From a virus (Duplodnaviria > Heunggongvirae > Uroviricota > Caudoviricetes): a DNA stretch of 6,538 nt. The position numbers and the translations under genes are program-made. The stretch is taken from IMG/VR virus record IMGVR_UViG_2663762627_000006; one strand, written 5' to 3'. Below, piece after piece: positions 1 through 5,583 of the stretch. The first letter of the stretch is position 1. Each line of letters begins with the position of its first letter. Under the pieces are notes generated by a model that was not told where the DNA came from, did no database searches, and worked only from the letters and a program-made list of their open reading frames with translations.

Positions 1-234
1 GTTGAGGCCAACGCCCATAATGCGGGCGGTTGCCCGGCATCCAACACCATTCATGGCCATATCAATGATTTTCTGGTGTGTACCGGGTTGAGAAGCGGTG
101 TAAGTGAACTGCAGTTGCCATGTTTTACGGCAGTGAGAGCAGAGATAGCGCTGATGTCCGGCAGTACTTTTACCGTTACGCACCACGCCTTCAGTAGCTG
201 AGCAGGAGGGACAACTGATGGAGATGGAAGCCAC
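1..234 (-). CDS. insA: IS1 InsA (transposase N-terminal protein / transposition inhibitor), 5' 78 codons; 3' end lies outside the window
   Basis: GTG start at 234 on the minus strand; translation [78 protein letters not shown] runs with no stop to position 1 and matches the IS1 InsA zinc-finger/HTH protein as I remember it, with a few substitutions. Confidence 0.85.
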   Translation of the reverse strand, partial: MASISISCPSCSATEGVVRNGKSTAGHQRYLCSHCRKTWQLQFTYTASQPGTHQKIIDMAMNGVGCRATARIMGVGLN

Positions 235-289
235 GGGAGCACCTCAAAAACACCATGATACACTAAATCAGTAAGTTGGCACCATTACC
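1..289 (-). mobile_element. IS1 insertion sequence, left-end portion (element continues beyond the window start); terminal inverted repeat ends at 289
   Basis: Reverse complement of 259-289 reads ggtaatggtgccaacttactgatttagtgta, matching the IS1 left inverted repeat (ggtgatgctgccaacttactgat...) with 2 mismatches; the whole 1-289 stretch is recognisably IS1 with scattered substitutions, so it is a diverged IS1 isoform. Confidence 0.9.
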
Positions 290-291
290 AG

Positions 292-468
292 GATGCGGAG
301 CATGGTGAGGCTGGTCACTTCACTTCCATCGAGCAAGAATATCCCCAGATACTCAACAGAGCGCGAGCAATCCTCGCCCGAGAAACGGCACATGTAAAAC
401 TTCAGCCGTGGCAGGATGATAAGTGGAGTCGAGTATTGCCGCATTTACCTCAGAATCTGTTTCAATAA
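292..468 (+). pseudogene. Orphan 3' gene fragment (58 codons plus TAA) with no in-frame start, abutting the IS1 end; probably the C-terminus of a gene truncated by the IS1 insertion
   Basis: Frame open from inside IS1 through 292 to TAA at 466-468 (..DAEHGEAGHFTSIEQEYPQILNRARAILARETAHVKLQPWQDDKWSRVLPHLPQNLFQ*); no ATG/GTG in frame before the last ~11 codons; G+C looks host/phage-like, unlike the AT-rich cassette that follows. I do not recognise the product. Confidence 0.3.
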
Positions 469-486
469 AGGCGCTAGTTAGTAAGG

Positions 487-512
487 CTTCCGTCATTCTG
501 CGATGACGGAAG
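487..512 (+). other. Perfect 10-bp inverted repeat hairpin (cttccgtcat / tctgcg loop / atgacggaag) about 20 nt after the orphan fragment's stop; possible residual terminator or operator
   Basis: Exact reverse-complement arms 487-496 and 503-512 with a 6-nt loop; no U-tract follows on either strand. Confidence 0.3.
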
Positions 513-570
513 TGCGGGCTGCGTACGGGAGAGCAATTGTATGAATAATATAAATATTCCGCTCACTCCA

Positions 571-632
571 TATAGCGATTTCTGATACAAACTTATCTAT
601 TGTGGTAAAATTATAGAAACAAACTTATAGCG
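571..632 (+). promoter_or_regulatory. Repeat-containing AT-rich region immediately upstream of the HNH-domain gene: direct repeat acaaacttat at 587-596 and 619-628, tatagcg at 571-577 and 626-632; candidate promoter/operator
   Basis: Direct repeats read from the sequence; 32-bp repeat spacing is about three helical turns; position is 10-70 bp upstream of the ATG at 643. No convincing Shine-Dalgarno precedes the ATG. Confidence 0.25.
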
Positions 633-642
633 TACTAACCAT

Positions 643-1425
643 ATGGACAATATTAATAAACACGGGCTCTCAAGAAGAATACCTGAGACAATAAAACGTC
701 AGATAAGGCAAAGGTGCGGCTTTGGCTGTGTAATTTGTGGATTTGGATTTTATGATTATGAGCATTTTAAACCTGACTTCGTTGATGCCAAAATACATGA
801 TCCGAATGGAATGACACTTCTTTGCTCCCAATGCAATCAAAAAAGAGCTCGTGGTAGACTTTCAGCACAGACAGTGGAAATAGCTGACAGAAATCCCAAG
901 TGCTTACAGGCTGGTTTTGCAAATGAAATGTTTGATTTTCATAATGAGCCTATAACAGTAAAATTTGCAGGAGTGACGTTTCATAACTGTCAAAATTTGA
1001 TTGTAGTCAACGAACAACCCATTCTTTCTGTGAAACCTTCACCCATACCACATGGACCGATGCTTTTATCAGGAATTTTCTGTAATTCTATTGGTAAGGA
1101 GACTTTACTGATAGATGAAAATGAATGGAAAGCTAAATCAGACAATTGGGATGTGGAGTGTACCGGCCCGCGTATAACAATACGACGTGGGCCAGGAGAG
1201 TTTGCCCTCGTTCTAAAAATGGAACCTCCAACAGGATTGATTGTTGAGCGTCTTGATATGTTGTATGAAGGGGTCAGGATGAAAGGAGATAAAGATCTGC
1301 TGGAAGTTTCGATTAATGGAGGTCCCTTGCACAGATGGCAATCATGCTCAATGTCAAATTGCCATACAGGGCTTGCGATTCAGGGCGGTATTAGAGCTGC
1401 TAATGATCCTTTGTATTGCGCCTAA
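643..1425 (+). CDS. HNH-motif nuclease-like protein (260 aa): N-terminal HNH/zinc-finger module (about residues 25-66) plus uncharacterised ~190-aa C-terminal domain; AT-rich, compositionally foreign
   Basis: Complete ORF ATG..TAA. Residues 25-66 fit the HNH pattern: C29-x2-C32, E40-H41 (candidate general base), N55, C61-x2-C64-N65 (GCVICGFGFYDYEHF...HDPNGMTLLCSQCNQ). Two 60-nt samples I hand-counted (643-702, 961-1020) are about 37% G+C, against a clearly GC-richer rusA sample. The C-terminal domain matches nothing I recognise and ends with a Cys/His cluster (HRWQSCSMSNCHTG). Confidence 0.75.
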   Translation: MDNINKHGLSRRIPETIKRQIRQRCGFGCVICGFGFYDYEHFKPDFVDAKIHDPNGMTLLCSQCNQKRARGRLSAQTVEIADRNPKCLQAGFANEMFDFHNEPITVKFAGVTFHNCQNLIVVNEQPILSVKPSPIPHGPMLLSGIFCNSIGKETLLIDENEWKAKSDNWDVECTGPRITIRRGPGEFALVLKMEPPTGLIVERLDMLYEGVRMKGDKDLLEVSINGGPLHRWQSCSMSNCHTGLAIQGGIRAANDPLYCA

Positions 1426-1467
1426 ATCCACTAAATTGATTTTCAACAATCAACTTGCCATAATTAA

Positions 1468-1504
1468 GTCACCGGAGTTTGAACTCCTCCGGTGACTTCT
1501 GCGC
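1468..1504 (+). terminator. Terminator-like hairpin downstream of the HNH-domain gene
   Basis: Perfect 10-bp GC-rich stem gtcaccggag (1468-1477) / ctccggtgac (1487-1496) with 9-nt loop, followed by ttct; lies 43 nt after the stop codon and just before ylcH. Confidence 0.5.
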
Positions 1505-1519
1505 TAAACGGGGACGTTT

Positions 1520-1621
1520 ATGCGCACATACAATCCAACCTCTCTTCTCCATTCACAGATGCAGAAATGCACCTGCGATATTTTGCATCCAGCGTTTGAT
1601 CTCTGCGGAGGTGAAGCGTGA
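1520..1621 (+). CDS. ylcH: Small protein YlcH-like (33 aa)
   Basis: ATG at 1520, TGA at 1619-1621 overlapping the ybcN GTG start (GTGA); translation [33 protein letters not shown]; length and position match my recollection of K-12 ylcH upstream of ybcN. Below the ORF-track size cutoff. Confidence 0.45.
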   Translation: MRTYNPTSLLHSQMQKCTCDILHPAFDLCGGEA

Positions 1622-2073
1622 ACCTCCCACAAGATGGTATCAAATTGCATCGCGGTAACTTCACCGCTATCGGTCGGCAGATCCAGCCTTATCTGGAGGA
1701 CGGCAAATGCTTTCGCATGGTGCTTAAACCGTGGCGCGAGAGACGCAGTCTTTCCCAGAATGCACTCAGCCACATGTGGTACAGCGAAATCAGTGAATAC
1801 CTCATCAGCAAGGGTAAAACGTTCGCTACTCCAGCTTGGGTAAAAGATGCTCTCAAACACACATATCTCGGTTATGAAACCAAAGACCTGGTTGATGTCG
1901 TAACCGGTGATATCACCACTATCCAGTCGTTACGCCATACCTCCGATCTTGATACCGGAGAGATGTATGTCTTCCTGTGTAAGGTTGAAGCCTGGGCGAT
2001 GAATATTGGTTGCCACCTGACTATTCCACAGAGCTGCGAGTTTCAGCTGCTGCGCGACAAGCAGGAGGCGTAA
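1618..2073 (+). CDS. ybcN: YbcN / NinB-family protein (151 aa; lambda Orf-like recombination protein, reported as DNA base-flipping protein)
   Basis: ORF track 1618..2073 with GTG start preceded by GGAGG at 1606-1610; motif [17 protein letters not shown] resembles the NinB motif; length and synteny match DLP12 ybcN. Confidence 0.75.
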   Translation: MNLPQDGIKLHRGNFTAIGRQIQPYLEDGKCFRMVLKPWRERRSLSQNALSHMWYSEISEYLISKGKTFATPAWVKDALKHTYLGYETKDLVDVVTGDITTIQSLRHTSDLDTGEMYVFLCKVEAWAMNIGCHLTIPQSCEFQLLRDKQEA

Positions 2074-2243
2074 TGGCTACACCGCTTATTCGTGTCATGA
2101 ACGGACACATCTACAGAGTACCAAATCGTCGTAAGCGTAAACCTGAGCTGAAGCCATCCGAAATACCAACACTGCTCGGATATACCGCCAGCTTGGTTGA
2201 TAAAAAATGGTTGCGACTGGCAGCAAGGAGGAGTCATGGCTGA
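2073..2243 (+). CDS. ninE: NinE (56 aa)
   Basis: ATG at 2073 overlapping the ybcN stop (TAATG); translation [56 protein letters not shown]; the track ORF 2010..2243 is the same frame with an N-terminal extension that lies inside ybcN. Confidence 0.75.
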   Translation: MATPLIRVMNGHIYRVPNRRKRKPELKPSEIPTLLGYTASLVDKKWLRLAARRSHG

Positions 2244-2526
2244 TTTGAGAAAAGCAGCGCGTGGTCGGGAATGCCAGGTAAGAATCCCTGGCGTATGTAA
2301 TGGCAACCCTGAAACGTCTGTACTGGCACATATCCGGCTGGCTGGATTGTGCGGTACCGGTATCAAACCGCCAGACCTGATTGCCACCATTGCATGTTCT
2401 GCCTGCCACGACGAAATCGACCGCCGCACACATTTTGTCGATGCTGCATATGCAAAAGAATGCGCGCTGGAAGGTATGGCGAGAACACAGGTTATCTGGC
2501 TGAAAGAGGGGGTTATTAAGGCGTGA
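2236..2526 (+). CDS. ybcO: YbcO (96 aa; DUF1364, Cys-rich putative zinc-binding nuclease)
   Basis: ATG at 2236 preceded by aggagg (2225-2230); overlaps the ninE stop by 8 nt; translation [64 protein letters not shown]...; the track ORF's earlier start at 2197 has no better RBS. Confidence 0.8.
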   Translation: MADLRKAARGRECQVRIPGVCNGNPETSVLAHIRLAGLCGTGIKPPDLIATIACSACHDEIDRRTHFVDAAYAKECALEGMARTQVIWLKEGVIKA

Positions 2527-2885
2527 ATACCTACAGCATCACATTACCCTGGCCTCCGAGCAATAATCGCTATTACCGCCATAATCGCGGGCGCACGCAC
2601 ATCAGCGCAGAGGGGCAGGCATACCGCGATAACGTCGCCCGAATCATTAAAAACGCAATGCTGGATATCGGCCTGGCTATGCCTGTGAAAATCCGCATTG
2701 AGTGCCACATGCCGGATCGCCGTCGCCGTGACCTGGATAATCTGCAAAAAGCCGCTTTTGACGCACTCACTAAAGCAGGTTTCTGGCTGGATGATGCTCA
2801 GGTCGTTGATTACCGCGTTGTGAAGATGCCTGTTACCAAAGGTGGGAGGCTGGAACTGACCATCACCGAAATGGGGAATGAATGA
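2523..2885 (+). CDS. rusA: RusA Holliday junction resolvase (120 aa)
   Basis: GTG start overlapping the ybcO stop (GTGA); protein [47 protein letters not shown]...[31 protein letters not shown] matches E. coli RusA nearly residue for residue as I recall it. Confidence 0.9.
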   Translation: MNTYSITLPWPPSNNRYYRHNRGRTHISAEGQAYRDNVARIIKNAMLDIGLAMPVKIRIECHMPDRRRRDLDNLQKAAFDALTKAGFWLDDAQVVDYRVVKMPVTKGGRLELTITEMGNE

Positions 2886-3022
2886 TGTTTGAGTTTTATA
2901 TGGCAGAACTTCTTCGCCACCGCTGGGGGCATCTGCGCTTATATCGTTTCCCCGGTTCTGTTTTGACCGATTACCGAATACTGAAGAATTACGCCAAAAC
3001 CCTGACAGGAGCAGGAGTATGA
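2882..3022 (+). CDS. ylcG: Small protein YlcG-like (46 aa)
   Basis: ATGATG at 2882-2887 overlapping the rusA stop; translation [49 protein letters not shown] at 3020-3022; length and position match DLP12 ylcG. Below the ORF-track cutoff. Confidence 0.5.
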   Translation: MMFEFYMAELLRHRWGHLRLYRFPGSVLTDYRILKNYAKTLTGAGV

Positions 3023-3107
3023 AGTCAGAGATAACAATCAACTAATACTGTTTTGTTGATTTTTGCTTGTGATTGGCGTTCTGGTCTGATTTTTGTGGAG
3101 TAAGTTG

Positions 3108-3491
3108 ATGCGTGATATTCAGATGGTTCTTGAGCGTTGGGGAGCGTGGGCGGCTAATAATCATGAAGATGTGACCTGGTCGTCCATTGCCGCCGGTTTT
3201 AAGGGATTAATTCCTTCAAAAGTAAAATCTCGCCCGCAATGTTGTGACGATGACGCGATGATCATTTGCGGGTGCATGGCCCGTCTGAAAAAGAACAACA
3301 GCGATTTGCACGATTTATTAGTAGATTATTATGTAGTCGGTATGACATTCATGTCACTGGCAGGTAAGCATTGCTGCTCTGATGGTTATATCGGGAAAAG
3401 GTTACAGAAGGCTGAGGGCATAATTGAAGGGATGTTAATGGCATTAGATATCCGGTTAGAGATGGATATCGTTGTTAATAACTCTAATTAA
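3108..3491 (+). CDS. quuD: Q-like late-gene antiterminator (127 aa), Cys-rich
   Basis: ATG at 3108 with GGAG 8 nt upstream; [24 protein letters not shown]...; Cys clusters [13 protein letters not shown] and HCCSDG suggest zinc binding; sits between rusA/ylcG and the lysis genes as quuD does in DLP12. The track's TTG start at 3093 adds 5 residues and is less likely. Confidence 0.7.
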   Translation: MRDIQMVLERWGAWAANNHEDVTWSSIAAGFKGLIPSKVKSRPQCCDDDAMIICGCMARLKKNNSDLHDLLVDYYVVGMTFMSLAGKHCCSDGYIGKRLQKAEGIIEGMLMALDIRLEMDIVVNNSN

Positions 3492-3508
3492 TATGCCAAT
3501 TGTTTACT

Positions 3509-3542
3509 AAAAATTATTAAAAATGGGGCGTTGAGACGCCCC
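3509..3542 (-). terminator. Rho-independent terminator for minus-strand (nmpC-direction) transcription
   Basis: 7-bp GC stem ggggcgt (3525-3531) / acgcccc (3536-3542), loop tgag; on the minus strand it is followed directly by auuuuuaauaauuuuu (plus 3509-3524 is aaaaattattaaaaat). On the plus strand it is followed by A-rich sequence, so it should not terminate rightward transcription. Confidence 0.5.
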
Positions 3543-3581
3543 CAAAAATAAAGGGTAATATATAACAGAAGGTTTATATAG

Positions 3582-3630
3582 TTAGAAGCAAGGTTGTGCT
3601 TCTAAAGGAAGTGGCTTGAGGGAGCCACTT
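3582..3630. other. Two further stable hairpins between the convergent terminators
   Basis: ttagaagca/tgcttctaa (9-bp stem, 3582-3605) and aagtggct/agccactt (8-bp stem, 3609-3630, loop tgaggg); neither is followed by a U-tract on either strand. Possible Q-utilisation/pause structures or 3'-UTR elements; function not determinable from sequence. Confidence 0.3.
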
Positions 3631-3672
3631 ATATGTTGGGGAGGCAACGCCTCCCGCAACATATCTTTTTCG
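3631..3672 (+). terminator. Rho-independent terminator for plus-strand transcription from the quuD side (candidate tR'-like late terminator)
   Basis: Long hairpin atatgttggggaggc / aac loop / gcctccc(g)caacatat, about 15 bp with one bulge (3631-3664), followed by ctttttc (3665-3671); ends 9 nt before the nmpC stop codon on the opposite strand. Confidence 0.55.
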
Positions 3673-3680
3673 TAATCAGA

Positions 3681-4778
3681 TTAGAACTGGTAAACCAGAC
3701 CTACAGCAACGATGTCATCAGTGCTTACACCGAGTGCTTTAGTGAAGTCATTTTTGTCAAGCAGGTTGATTTTGTAATCAACGAAAGTAGACATATTTTT
3801 GTTGAAGTAATAGGTTGCACCTACATCAACATATTTGACTAAGTCCTGATCGCCCCATACTCCAAGATCTTTACCTTTAGATTGCAGGTAAGCAACGGAC
3901 GGACGCAGACCGAAATCGAACTGATATTGTGCAACAGCTTCGAAGTTTTGGGCTTTATTAGCAACGAAGTGATCAGCAAATACAGTCATATTCTGGGTTT
4001 CAGAATAGGTAGTGGCCAGGTAAATGTTGTTAGCGTCATATTTCAGACCTGCGGCCCAAACTTCTGCATTTTTACCGGAAGCAAATACTTCAGGAAGAAC
4101 TTTCCCTGCATTAACTTGAGTGTCGGTACGATCAGATTTCGCATAAGTTGCACCGATACCGAATCCTTCGTATTCATAGGTAGCAGAGAAACCGAAGCCA
4201 TCACCGTTACCTTCAGTGTAGTTATCGAAATCGCTACGATCGTTTTTGCCTTGGTACTGAGCAGCAAAGTTCAGACCATCAACCAGACCAAAGAAGTCGT
4301 TGTTACGATAGGTTGCAACACCAGTGGTGCGACCAGTCATGAACACATCTGTTTGGGTCCAGGTATCGCCACCGAATTCTGGCAGAACGTCAGTCCACGC
4401 ACCGATGTCGTATGCTACACCGTAGTTACGGCCGTAATCGATTGAGCCGTAGTCACCGAATTTCAGGCCTGCAAATGCAAGACGGGTTTTGTCTTTGGAG
4501 GAACCTTGAGATTCAGCGCGGTTGCCTTTGAATTCATATTCCCACTGACCGAAACCAGTCAGTTGATCGTTGATTTGGGTTTCACCTTTGAAGCCAAGAC
4601 GGGCATAAGTAGTATCACCATCATCTGCATCATTAGAGGAGAAGTAGTGCTTGGCATTAACTTTCCCGTACAGATCCAGCTTGTTACTGTCTTTATTATA
4701 AATTTCAGCTGCCTGAGCAGACATCGCCATCAGTACTGATGCAGCTACAGCAGAAATTGCCACTGTTAATTTTTTCAT
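3681..4778 (-). CDS. nmpC: General outer-membrane porin NmpC / Lc (OmpC/OmpF/PhoE family), 365 aa, apparently intact
   Basis: ORF track 3681..4778 minus; signal peptide [23 protein letters not shown] then AEIYNK; porin hallmarks throughout and a C-terminal aromatic residue (..VGLVYQF); orientation opposite to the phage genes and position between Q and lysis genes as in DLP12. Confidence 0.88.
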   Translation of the reverse strand: MKKLTVAISAVAASVLMAMSAQAAEIYNKDSNKLDLYGKVNAKHYFSSNDADDGDTTYARLGFKGETQINDQLTGFGQWEYEFKGNRAESQGSSKDKTRLAFAGLKFGDYGSIDYGRNYGVAYDIGAWTDVLPEFGGDTWTQTDVFMTGRTTGVATYRNNDFFGLVDGLNFAAQYQGKNDRSDFDNYTEGNGDGFGFSATYEYEGFGIGATYAKSDRTDTQVNAGKVLPEVFASGKNAEVWAAGLKYDANNIYLATTYSETQNMTVFADHFVANKAQNFEAVAQYQFDFGLRPSVAYLQSKGKDLGVWGDQDLVKYVDVGATYYFNKNMSTFVDYKINLLDKNDFTKALGVSTDDIVAVGLVYQF

Positions 4779-5367
4779 CGTGAGCCCTTTTTTTTGAACT
4801 ATTATTAAAAAATGATGTCACTGCGCGATAAATATTCATCTAATCAATGTGATTATTTCAAGATGTAAGTTTTGGTTTCTCGTTTGATTTGTGAAGTAGA
4901 TCTCTATTTTTATCTGAACTTTTTTCTATCGAATCCTATTCATAGCTCTTGGCTGAATAAAAATAAATCTATTAGCCAATTTATATTAACGGCTGTTATT
5001 TATAAGTGCTCTATAATTTGAAGGTTCAATTTAAATCGGCTAAAAATAACACTGGAAATTATTTGTTGGTTATTTGTTGAGGTTTTCTTATGTATTTGTG
5101 GTGGTGTTTTGAACACTCGGTAGCATTCTCATAAATATCATTCAGTGGTTTACGTACGTAAAAAATTGGTTATGCTGTTAAGAGTGGTTACTTCGTCACA
5201 CAGCTTAAACCCGCCGTCGAGCTGGTTTTTCCATTTTTTGAGTCTCGATATTAGCTGATAACTCAATACCTGAGTTATTCACTGACTCCGAGTCTGTTAC
5301 GTTTCTGCTTTTTTGCGATACGTTGTATTCCCTCAATTTACACCCGCTTTGTCTGCGAGGTGGGGTT
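4779..5367. promoter_or_regulatory. 589-bp AT-rich divergent intergenic region; expected to hold the nmpC promoter (minus) and promoter/leader for the lysis genes (plus); contains a consensus TATAAT at 5012-5017
   Basis: No ORF of any length with a convincing RBS; strongly AT-rich; perfect -10 hexamer tataat at 5012-5017 on the plus strand with no good -35; holin RBS gaggtgggg at 5356-5364. Confidence 0.35.
5059..5080 (+). repeat. Tandem direct repeat ttatttgttgg / ttatttgttga (11 nt x 2) in the nmpC-essD intergenic region
   Basis: Adjacent copies at 5059-5069 and 5070-5080, 10/11 identical; followed by a G/T-rich tract tgtatttgtggtggtgtttt. Confidence 0.4.
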
Positions 5368-5583
5368 ATGAAATCCATGGATAAGTTAACAACGGGTGTC
5401 GCCTATGGCACCTCAGCAGGTAGTGCCGGTTACTGGTTTTTACAGCTGCTCGATAAAGTCACGCCCTCACAGTGGGCAGCAATAGGTGTGCTGGGTAGCC
5501 TGGTATTTGGCCTGCTGACGTACCTGACAAACCTTTATTTCAAGATTAAAGAAGATAAGCGCAAGGCTGCGAGAGGTGAATAA
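5368..5583 (+). CDS. essD: Phage-21-type pinholin / antiholin with dual-start motif (71 aa from ATG 5368; 68 aa from ATG 5377)
   Basis: [71 protein letters not shown]; two in-frame ATGs separated by Lys-Ser; SD gaggtgggg upstream; stop overlaps the endolysin start (TAATG). The track ORF start at 5323 is a spurious upstream extension. Confidence 0.9.

Noticed and set aside
51-263. 70-aa minus-strand ORF in the track ([16 protein letters not shown]...)
   Set aside because: It lies inside IS1 in a frame shifted relative to the authentic insA reading frame (GTG at 234), and its product does not resemble InsA; the real insA frame is missing from the track only because it runs off the window edge.
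541-585. 14-codon ORF (MNNINIPLTPYSDF) at the start of the AT-rich cassette
   Set aside because: Too short, no RBS, lies in an AT-rich putative promoter region; more likely non-coding. A leader peptide cannot be excluded, but I have no evidence for one.
1634-1843. 69-aa plus-strand ORF in an alternative frame inside ybcN
   Set aside because: Alternative-frame ORF within ybcN; Arg/Ser/Ala-rich composition typical of out-of-frame reading of GC-rich coding DNA.
1504-1860. 118-aa minus-strand ORF antisense to ylcH/ybcN
   Set aside because: Antisense shadow ORF of a GC-rich, well-supported plus-strand gene; no RBS; overlaps ybcN almost completely.
2043-2433. Two minus-strand ORFs (128 and 112 aa) antisense to ninE/ybcO
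   Set aside because: Shadow ORFs opposite a tightly packed, translationally coupled plus-strand operon; no independent start signals.
2544-3041. 165-aa and 65-aa minus-strand ORFs antisense to rusA/ylcG
   Set aside because: Shadow ORFs opposite rusA, whose identity is secure; Arg-rich low-complexity translations.
3093-3107. TTG start giving a 132-aa QuuD
   Set aside because: The ATG at 3108 has a correctly spaced GGAG and gives the 127-aa length I recall for QuuD; the TTG extension is less parsimonious, though not excluded.
3492-3560. Specific sigma-70 -35/-10 assignment for a pR'-like late promoter just downstream of quuD
   Set aside because: Several TA-rich hexamers are present (e.g. around 3556-3566) but none pairs with a convincing -35 at 16-18 bp spacing; I could not place the promoter confidently, so only the general region is flagged.
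3633-3842. 69-aa plus-strand ORF overlapping the 3' end of nmpC
   Set aside because: It starts inside the terminator hairpin and is antisense to the porin gene; no RBS.
3882-4739. Plus-strand ORFs of 187 and 77 aa and a 74-aa minus-strand ORF within nmpC
   Set aside because: All lie inside the porin coding region (antisense or alternative frame) and have low-complexity translations; the porin assignment explains the region.
5323-5367. Upstream extension of the holin ORF ([15 protein letters not shown]...)
   Set aside because: The SD gaggtgggg lies inside this extension and serves the ATG at 5368; the holin family starts at MKSMDK.
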